Source of the DNA: a virus
Taxonomy: Duplodnaviria > Caudoviricetes
Virus record (IMG/VR): IMGVR_UViG_3300012665_000962
Span: 12,384 to 76,383 of that record
Reading direction: 5' to 3' (one strand)
Length of the DNA stretch: 64,000 bases
This document shows, piece after piece, positions 58,001 through 64,000 of the stretch. Within the stretch, counting starts at the first letter, position 1. The number at the start of each line of letters is the position of its first letter. Position numbers and translations under genes: made by a program. The notes beneath the pieces were generated by a model that saw only the letters and a list, made by a program, of their open reading frames with translations, searched no databases and had not been told where the DNA came from.

Positions 58001-59891
58001 TTAAAATATTGTTAATAGCATTAATGTTTACACTGCCGCTGATACTTGATATAGTATTGTCTTTGAATTTAATATTGTTAGCATCAACTTCTGTAGGCAA
58101 TAGTTTTACAATGTCAGGGCCGTTAGATAAAATTATTTCATTAATACCGCCTACATTTTGCCCTATACCGTTTAATGTAACAAAGCCAGTAGATTGATCT
58201 ATAAAGAATGCTTCGCCAACGCTGAAATTTCCCTGAGCATCGTCGCTTTGATAATATATTTTTGCTGAATTCAAAGGAACAACTTCGTTGTCTCGTATTG
58301 TTAATGTAGGATCGTTAGTTTTGATTAGTCCTGAACCTATATAACCAAAGTTGTGCTGTATCAAATACATGAGTACAGCATTGCCATTGCCTTCTGCTCC
58401 AACATCGCCGTACACACAAGCAGAACCAATACTTCTTAGTTCGGCGCCAAATTTTGTACTTTGGCTAGCAAAACCTAATGAACCGTTAGTAGCATATAGT
58501 CCTTTGCTGGCAAAATATGTAAATGAATTTAACCACTCAACTCGTACGCCGTTGGTCATAAACAAACCAATAGATCCAGGAACTATAAAAGTCACAGAAT
58601 GGAATAACATTGTAGCTTGATTAGATGTAGTAGCTGCTACTGATCCATCAACAAAGGCGCCACGGCCTGCTTCAATTAACGGAAGATTGGGTTCTGTTAA
58701 TACTGTGATATTTTGTACATAAGGTGATCTTGAAACAACATTAATGTTTGGCGCGAATCTAAAAGCATATCCAGTACCAGTACTGCTGTTATAATAAAAT
58801 CCAGCAACAGTTAAATCTGAAACTGTAGTTTCACCATTGAGCAAGAAAGCATCTTTGTCGTTGGTTGCTGGAGTTGGCGTAATTTTTACAGATCGTATTC
58901 CTGTGCCTTTTACGGTTACACCCTGAGGTACAGTTAATGGAAATATTTCTTGATACTCGCCTGGTAAAATTAATACTGTATCGCCTGGAACGCACTGTGA
59001 TAGAGCATATTTTACTGAAGCATAAGGGCCACTTGGATGATCACCAACGTTGCTGTTGTCTCCATTATCTGCCACGTAATAGGTATTTCCTGGTCTGGTA
59101 ACAATATTTGTAATACCAGGAAATGACAAGGCAGGCGATATTAACAGCAAGCTATTGACAAATTGAGTATGTAACTCTTTCCATTTTTTAGCCTGCGGAT
59201 CACTGGCTCCTCCGTCTACTATTCCAGTAAATGTAATAGTTGATGCACTGCCAGCATCGACAAATGTTACTGCTGGTGAGTTAGCATATTCTCCGTCTAA
59301 TACTAGCCCGCTTAGACTTGAACCAAGGCGATATGTGTCTGAAGCGTTTGGAATAAGGTCACTGTCTACTTCAACATTAAAAGTTACAGAATCGTTATTC
59401 TGATTACCAAAGGTAATAGTACCGTCAAATGTAATGTCACCGGTTGAATGTAAATTTCCACTAACATCAACATTAGAAATAGTTTCAACAATGCCAGTAC
59501 CGTGTGGCCTTAATTCTATACTAGCATTTGACGTTGTGGTAGAAATTGAAGTGTCATTAAATCTAAGACCAGATGTTGTACTGATCGTATCTGTATTAAT
59601 TACACTGTTTGTGATAATGTCTGATGGTAGATACGTTATAGTATTAGTAATACCATCTATCGTAAAATCATCAATTTGAAAATAATTGTCAACAATTAAA
59701 TTGATAGTTCTAATACTATCGTTGACTGTGAGTTCTCTAGTTACTGCGTCAGTGTTAACGCCAACCTTGCCGGTAATTACGTCAAGGTACAGGTTATTAT
59801 CACCAAGGGTGTTTTCAAAGATAAGATCAACCCCGTCTCTGACGAGATTGTCTTTGAGCATTGCTCCGGAAATTCTACCTAGTTCTGACAA
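55053..59891 (-). CDS. Giant fibre-like protein (1612 aa), paralog of 49322..54934, TTG start
   Basis: (M)SELGRISG matches the paralog start MSQLGRISG; AAGGAG 6 nt before TTG; same beta-helix and shaft repeats, no LamG domain. Confidence 0.8.
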   Translation of the reverse strand: MSELGRISGAMLKDNLVRDGVDLIFENTLGDNNLYLDVITGKVGVNTDAVTRELTVNDSIRTINLIVDNYFQIDDFTIDGITNTITYLPSDIITNSVINTDTISTTSGLRFNDTSISTTTSNASIELRPHGTGIVETISNVDVSGNLHSTGDITFDGTITFGNQNNDSVTFNVEVDSDLIPNASDTYRLGSSLSGLVLDGEYANSPAVTFVDAGSASTITFTGIVDGGASDPQAKKWKELHTQFVNSLLLISPALSFPGITNIVTRPGNTYYVADNGDNSNVGDHPSGPYASVKYALSQCVPGDTVLILPGEYQEIFPLTVPQGVTVKGTGIRSVKITPTPATNDKDAFLLNGETTVSDLTVAGFYYNSSTGTGYAFRFAPNINVVSRSPYVQNITVLTEPNLPLIEAGRGAFVDGSVAATTSNQATMLFHSVTFIVPGSIGLFMTNGVRVEWLNSFTYFASKGLYATNGSLGFASQSTKFGAELRSIGSACVYGDVGAEGNGNAVLMYLIQHNFGYIGSGLIKTNDPTLTIRDNEVVPLNSAKIYYQSDDAQGNFSVGEAFFIDQSTGFVTLNGIGQNVGGINEIILSNGPDIVKLLPTEVDANNIKFKDNTISSISGSVNINAINNILNLNQNVTVNANLSMTGDFNVEGTLAVGNQTIDQVQFDAEISSDLLPKVTEENSLGSNSLKWLNLSAVDLTLDNITVSGNRITTTVSNSDIELTASGAGKLSVLNPLAVDNNLTVNGSSNLKSVDNTGSLLIAGNITQTGNKIQTGDVDLNGDFYLNNLSINLGDISIVGNTISTTTSNSDLNFVAAGTGLVSIPTNNVVITNNLFIGGQFSTPSLTVDNQVSADSLYNGNIQIQGNQVKTTLSNSDLDLAAVATGKIIVQDLLQAGQDLNVDGFTDFESTTINGTITDNGQTNRTGNTFQTGTLNLVGNLTVTETVQLTEINITDNVVRTTTSNADLELSAGASNKVEILDDVQITNNLTVNDTLTVDDITIVNRLSMDRLTNGEILVDDNSIYTTTSNADLELAAHGSGKILISDSVTISNNLTVNNTAVLANTNINGNVTVQNLINALIIQTGNRTQTGDFDLTGTLTQSNGITQPVNLANVRLTSNRITTVDSNSDLELRAAGSGDIVMATNPVVFNQNLLVNGTLDTQDITVGRVNFNAISTGTILIDDNFVTTTISNADLELRAHGAGIISIPVNNFETYDLTVQGTTSIKNTSISDLLSLTGTINRTGNYTATGAYNLTGNLTTNSEARFENYNFTDNRIFTTISNSDIELRAAGAGLVKFNDSVGISLNLSVTGNINATTVTALSTVQADSFYNDDIRIKDNVITTTLSNSNLNLRGDGTGGILAEEILFRNNSIIANTTNANISLRPSSTNNLIVNKTNALKLPVGTSAQRLTSSVGDLRFNTSNTAFEGWTVDNKPFNGIYSANKNTRVTASDTSNILNFVAASTATMEFTTTGLRANGLRVNNNIDLDGSTFSSQLNGNINLTPNGTGTTLLDQTTINSTQFLNLSNSLPMTLSSTGFGYVKFNSTTSLVIPSGDSDTRPSTPEVGDLRFNTQIQSPEIYNGVEYTTLAGDSVTASEAEIDDLSQLYGILLG

Positions 59892-59899
59892 GATGCGCT

Positions 59900-59923
59900 C
59901 CTTACAACGTATTTATTGTAAGG
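59900..59923 (-). promoter_or_regulatory. Late promoter box in the loop of an SD-sequestering hairpin
   Basis: CCTTACAA-TAAATACG-TTGTAAGG: perfect 8-bp stem containing AAGG of the SD, with TAAATA in the loop. Confidence 0.65.
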
Positions 59924-59931
59924 GCTAATGC

Positions 59932-60768
59932 TTATTGATCGTAGCCCGTATAAACGGTTACTGGTTTTGTGTTTGGCACTGCTGAAAGGAATTTAATGTG
60001 CCAGCCTGGTTTAGCAATCTTAACGGTGTAAGACCCGCCAGTTGCTCCAGGAACTGTTACAGTATATGATTCTGACCCATCATATAATGATCCAGGAGTA
60101 TCTACAGAAATGTATGTTACTACTCCACCACCGTCTACTGTAGCTGTGCCGGTAGCAGCAATTCCGCCTGTAGGAGTAGTAAATGTAACAGCTACAGGTG
60201 TTGATGGAGTTAGTCCAGTTCCCCCTGAATTAACCTGTACACCGACTACGATGCCGTCAGTTTCTTCTAGATCAAAGTTAGTTCCTGAAATTTGCATAAC
60301 ATTTTCTACTAAAACTATCATGTTATCTACATAATCTAAAGGATCAAACCCTTGAGCAAATCCAGGAACATAGGTTAATGGATCTCCACTAATAGGAAAC
60401 CATTTACTAATATCTTGATTAGTTTGTGTTATTGCGTCCCAATTGCCTAACCCAAGATTAGATTTAATAACCTTTGCTGGGCCTTGAATTCTTAACGGAA
60501 ACCATTGGCCTTCATAAAACACTTCAAGTCCAACTGCTCTTGTAGGAAAATAATCTGCGGTGTCGGCAATTTCATGATCGCCAGTATTGTTGGTTGTAAA
60601 TCTTATTTGAGCTTCTTCTTCGATTACTGGACGTTTGTTAATTGCGCCTTTTGGTAATCGTAGACTGTCTTCCGAATTAAAACTAGCACGGCCGCTGGGA
60701 TATCTAACAATAAATGTTTTATCGCTGATACTAAACTTGCTAAGATTTTGTGTCTTAAGAAATTTCAT
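59932..60768 (-). CDS. Hypothetical virion protein
   Basis: ATGA-coupled start MKFLK at 60768; SLRLPKG...RP motif and a V..GG.G....V.F..P..G..ATG repeat shared with the fibre proteins. Confidence 0.7.
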   Translation of the reverse strand: MKFLKTQNLSKFSISDKTFIVRYPSGRASFNSEDSLRLPKGAINKRPVIEEEAQIRFTTNNTGDHEIADTADYFPTRAVGLEVFYEGQWFPLRIQGPAKVIKSNLGLGNWDAITQTNQDISKWFPISGDPLTYVPGFAQGFDPLDYVDNMIVLVENVMQISGTNFDLEETDGIVVGVQVNSGGTGLTPSTPVAVTFTTPTGGIAATGTATVDGGGVVTYISVDTPGSLYDGSESYTVTVPGATGGSYTVKIAKPGWHIKFLSAVPNTKPVTVYTGYDQ

Positions 60769-61127
60769 ACTGGTAGTACGCTCACTGTACACACAACAGA
60801 ACTATTGGCTGTTGCTCTGGCTTGAACACTGTCGCCTGGGCCTAACACAATTCTTTCTGTGTCAAAAAATACGGTCTCGCCGCCTGGAATTATTAGATCT
60901 TTAATAATAGCATTTGTTGTTGTGCTGGCTGTCCCGCCTGCTTTTACAAGAAAGACTTCAATGCCTGTGGCATTTGCTGATTCATCAATTGGTGGTGTTG
61001 AGTCTGGACTTAACACATTACAAAATATCATTGTGGTGATTGCGCTTTGAACATTTAAGTCACCAGCATTCCCAGGAGCAGTGAATATTGTATCTATGGT
61101 TGTCGTTAATGTATAATTCTCTATCAT
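60765..61127 (-). CDS. Small virion protein of the LYT.P...CN family
   Basis: 120 aa, TIFTAPG...AITTMIFCNV...IPGGETVFFDTERIVL. Confidence 0.7.
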   Translation of the reverse strand: MIENYTLTTTIDTIFTAPGNAGDLNVQSAITTMIFCNVLSPDSTPPIDESANATGIEVFLVKAGGTASTTTNAIIKDLIIPGGETVFFDTERIVLGPGDSVQARATANSSVVCTVSVLPV

Positions 61128-61136
61128 GTCTGTTCC

Positions 61137-62705
61137 TTAAAATAAAATACTGTAGACCAGTGCTTTATGTTTACTTATTAATTCATTTTTAACTGGATAT
61201 GAAACAAGATCTCCAGCATTAAATTGTGTGTTATTAATTACCCATTGCTGCCAAGCAATAGTTTGAGATTCGTTATTATAATAAAGCCCAGTGCCGCCTG
61301 GAGTTAGTACTTCGACATTTTCTGTTAGCTCACCGGCTGGGTTTTTATAATCGACGGTTAAGTCATTACTAAAAATCAATGTACCACCAGGAATAGCAAA
61401 TACTGGATCAAGTGTTCCTGTGCTGTTAAAAAATGCTGATCTATTAAATTCAACACCAGCAGTTCCAAATGTTCTTAAAACAATATTGCCATTAGTGTCG
61501 TTGTTAGTTATGGCATTTTCTGAGATTTCTAATCCGCCAAGGTCAACACGATTACTGTAAAATGTTGTTGTTGTTTGTCCATTAACGACCACGTTAACGC
61601 GACTTTCTGTTAATGCTAAACTAGACCCGGCAATAAAAGTAACTACAGGAATTGTTAAGTATCCTGGACCACCAAGATTAACACCATCGTTGATTACTGA
61701 TGTTGCTATTATCTGTCTATAGGTAATATTAGAAGTGTTTAGATCAACTGTGGCTGTTGCTGTTGCATCGCCTGAACTAAAACTAACTGTAGCAGATTCG
61801 TAGTCGTCACCTGGATTGGTAATTTCAACTGCGTATACTGCCCATACTATATCAAATGTAGCATTAATGCCTAATGAATTCGCTGATGTTGGTATGTTAA
61901 TATTTGATATTGGCAGCTCAATGTATTGGCCACCGCTTACTATATTGAATGTATCAATGCCGCCACCTGGTAATATTGAATCAACTTCAATTACTGCGTC
62001 GACTCCGGCTGTTCCTCCGTTTATGACCAATAATTCACCTACAATATAACCACTGCCTGGTTGATTAATAGTTACAATCGATGCTGTCATTACAGCACGA
62101 CCAGTTGCTCCACCCGACGTGTCTTGTACTATAACAAAGGTGTTATCTCTTTTTATCTGATTGTCTGGATCCCTATTTCTAATAGCAAGATCTACATACA
62201 ACTTATTTGGAATGTCATCGTCGGCATTAACTTGTAATTCGTAATTAGTTGTTCCAAGAACTTTTACAACCCCAGTTCCTGAGCCAATTAATGTAAGGTC
62301 GCCGCCGTCTGTAGTACTGTCAGTAGAAATTTGTCTAACTTTAAGAGTACTGTTGTTGTAAGAAATAACAGTGCCAATGCGTTCTACAATTTCCCAACCG
62401 TTTACTGATTCATCAAATCTAAAACTTGGAAAAGGATTTTCTAAACCGGGACTAAAAAATCCACGATCTATTTCGATACCGGAGTAACCTTCTGTTACTC
62501 CGTTACCTGTTTCACCTTTGTTTAAAAGTATGATATTGTCTTCGACTTCAAGATTTGTAGCTTGAATATAAACCGTTTCGCCTTCAACTACTAGGTTACC
62601 GGTGACACGTACATCACCAATATTAGGTCCTGTATCTAAGACTATGCTTCCGCCGCGAGCGGATTTAATTTTATAGTCACCACTGGTCTGTAAGACTTGA
62701 CTCAT
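61137..62705 (-). CDS. Virion structural/fibre-like protein (522 aa)
   Basis: G.V.VTGNL.V.G.T......NL.VEDNII.LN.G motif, PG.GY repeats, hydrophobic C-terminus ALVYSILF. Confidence 0.7.
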   Translation of the reverse strand: MSQVLQTSGDYKIKSARGGSIVLDTGPNIGDVRVTGNLVVEGETVYIQATNLEVEDNIILLNKGETGNGVTEGYSGIEIDRGFFSPGLENPFPSFRFDESVNGWEIVERIGTVISYNNSTLKVRQISTDSTTDGGDLTLIGSGTGVVKVLGTTNYELQVNADDDIPNKLYVDLAIRNRDPDNQIKRDNTFVIVQDTSGGATGRAVMTASIVTINQPGSGYIVGELLVINGGTAGVDAVIEVDSILPGGGIDTFNIVSGGQYIELPISNINIPTSANSLGINATFDIVWAVYAVEITNPGDDYESATVSFSSGDATATATVDLNTSNITYRQIIATSVINDGVNLGGPGYLTIPVVTFIAGSSLALTESRVNVVVNGQTTTTFYSNRVDLGGLEISENAITNNDTNGNIVLRTFGTAGVEFNRSAFFNSTGTLDPVFAIPGGTLIFSNDLTVDYKNPAGELTENVEVLTPGGTGLYYNNESQTIAWQQWVINNTQFNAGDLVSYPVKNELISKHKALVYSILF

Positions 62706-62718
62706 ACTTTATTCCAAA

Positions 62719-63249
62719 TTAGATAGCTGTTAGGATGATTTGATCACCTGATGAATCGTTGTCTAAGAACCAAGTGTATCTGTTACCAGCAAAGTCGATA
62801 GCAGTACGCTTGTTTAAGTGTGCGATTCTTGTAGCAGAAGCGTCAGCGCCGCCGTCTGTGTAACCGGTTAATCTCATTTCACCTGCTGCTGCTGGAGTAC
62901 CGCTGACTAGTTTAGCAACCTGAACAAGTCTTACTGTTCCTGTTGTTGTTAGGCCTGATCCTGCTACTGTAGCTTGGAAAATTTTGCCTACATAGGCATT
63001 GTCAACACCAAGTGCTGCCCAATCTGTTGTTCCTAATGAAATTATAACATATGTAGATCCTACAGCGATATCTTCATCGTTTACTGCTGAAACATCAGCA
63101 ACTAGATAACGGCGAGAACCTTTTTGTTTGATGATATAAACATCGGTTTGGTTTGAAGCAAAATATGCTTCGCAGCGAATGCCTGCTGCGCTTATGTAAG
63201 TACCAAATACATCAGTACCTCTTACATCTCTTCTTACGGGACGTCCCAT
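62719..63249 (-). CDS. Hypothetical late protein
   Basis: 176 aa, strong AAGGAG SD, GATAAATA about 70 nt upstream. Confidence 0.7.
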   Translation of the reverse strand: MGRPVRRDVRGTDVFGTYISAAGIRCEAYFASNQTDVYIIKQKGSRRYLVADVSAVNDEDIAVGSTYVIISLGTTDWAALGVDNAYVGKIFQATVAGSGLTTTGTVRLVQVAKLVSGTPAAAGEMRLTGYTDGGADASATRIAHLNKRTAIDFAGNRYTWFLDNDSSGDQIILTAI

Positions 63250-63319
63250 TTGATTTCTCCTTTAGTTGACGTTCTAGGTCTACGCGGCGGGTTCCGCATA
63301 ATTAACTTAGATACTTTAT

Positions 63320-63589
63320 TTATCTACGGCTGAGTAATGCCATCAGCTCAATTTTTTCTATGGTTTTTATTAACGAATTAATGTTGTCTATTTCTTTTTG
63401 AGCACGTTCTATATGATTGCGCTGTTTAGTCTGTCTATAGTATACCAGTGCTATACTGTAGTTTTGAATGTGTTCTTCTATTACTGCTTCTATCCTGTTA
63501 ACATCGTGTTTAAACATTGGCCATCGCTTACGCCATATGTTAAAGTGTTTACGTAATTCTGGAAAATCTTTATCGCTTTCTACTTCCAT
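63320..63589 (-). CDS. Hypothetical small helical protein
   Basis: ATG 63589 lies 5 nt after TTAAATA; the track TTG start at 63610 falls inside the MCP terminator. Confidence 0.65.
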   Translation of the reverse strand: MEVESDKDFPELRKHFNIWRKRWPMFKHDVNRIEAVIEEHIQNYSIALVYYRQTKQRNHIERAQKEIDNINSLIKTIEKIELMALLSRR

Positions 63590-63608
63590 AGCGATATTTA
63601 AGTCAAAC

Positions 63609-63632
63609 AAAAAGGCTCCGAAGAGCCTTTTT
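63609..63632 (-). terminator. Major capsid gene terminator with C(UUCG)G loop
   Basis: AAAAAGGCTC-TTCG-GAGCCTTTTT on the minus strand; canonical T4-type tetraloop. Confidence 0.9.
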
Positions 63633-63652
63633 GAACATTTAAAATGTTTTGA

Positions 63653-64000
63653 TTACTTGAATGATACGCTAGTATCAGTGATCTCAACGCGAGCCAAGTA
63701 GTCAGCAGCATTACCAAGAGATGATGCTGTGTTTGTTAACTCTACATAACCATATCTGGTCATGAAAGAAACTACTGGTTCAAATGTTGCTGGATCTAGT
63801 ACAACACCGCTTGACATCAATGGGATGTATGGGCAGTAGAATGCTGGAGCATCAGATTCGCTAGAACCTTTGTATCCAACTAGTACTGGAGCATCATTTG
63901 TTGCGTATGCGTCAACATACACCTTCATTGCGCTGTTCAATGTACCAACAAACTTAGTGTTTGTAGGTGCTTCGAATGTACCTTCTGTTGTTCTTGCGAA
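63653..64000 (-). CDS. Major capsid protein (T4 gp23-like), C-terminal part (partial)
   Basis: FVGTLN..MKVYVD.YA....VLVGYKG..E.DA.AFYCPYIPLM.....DP.TFEP..SF.TRYG. Confidence 0.97.
   Translation of the reverse strand, partial: FARTTEGTFEAPTNTKFVGTLNSAMKVYVDAYATNDAPVLVGYKGSSESDAPAFYCPYIPLMSSGVVLDPATFEPVVSFMTRYGYVELTNTASSLGNAADYLARVEITDTSVSFK

Noticed and set aside
18973-60904. Numerous plus-strand ORFs of 60-220 aa opposite the giant genes (for example 27842..28504, 37417..37986)
   Set aside because: These are antisense shadows of biased minus-strand codon usage, with no recognisable motifs, SD or promoter context.
1-64000. Stop-codon reassignment as in some large phages
   Set aside because: Conserved genes and ORFs up to 2610 aa read through intact in the standard code.
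1-64000. tRNA, rRNA or CRISPR array
   Set aside because: Intergenic gaps are short and explained by promoters, terminators or leaders; no cloverleaf or repeat-spacer pattern was seen by eye.

Overview
AT-rich fragment of a large T4-superfamily myovirus genome covering the late (virion) region, mostly on the minus strand. From right to left: C-terminus of the major capsid protein; about 37 kb of fibre/appendage-like genes, including four paralogous giants (1612, 1870, 2038, 2091 aa) and three paralogous Cys/Gly-rich proteins; a glycosyltransferase-like gene plus carbamoyltransferase; a fifth, 2610-aa giant; an ADP-heptose-type sugar operon; neck/tail-terminator genes (gp13/14/15); dNMP kinase; sheath, tube, gp4-like nuclease and terminase. 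No tRNA, rRNA, CRISPR array, intein or reverse transcriptase was recognised. Most notable: (1) two giant virion proteins carry seven repeats that resemble the phycobiliprotein globin-like fold, each keeping the bilin-attachment motif (K/A)C-x-R-D; (2) many late genes appear leaderless, with a T4-type TAAATA box 4-5 nt before the ATG; (3) three non-structural gene blocks each start with a sigma70 promoter whose spacer is one arm of a hairpin that hides the downstream translation start; (4) a triplet of roughly 10%-cysteine proteins sits next to glycosylation/carbamoylation genes. All protein family calls rest on motif recognition by eye, not on database searches.
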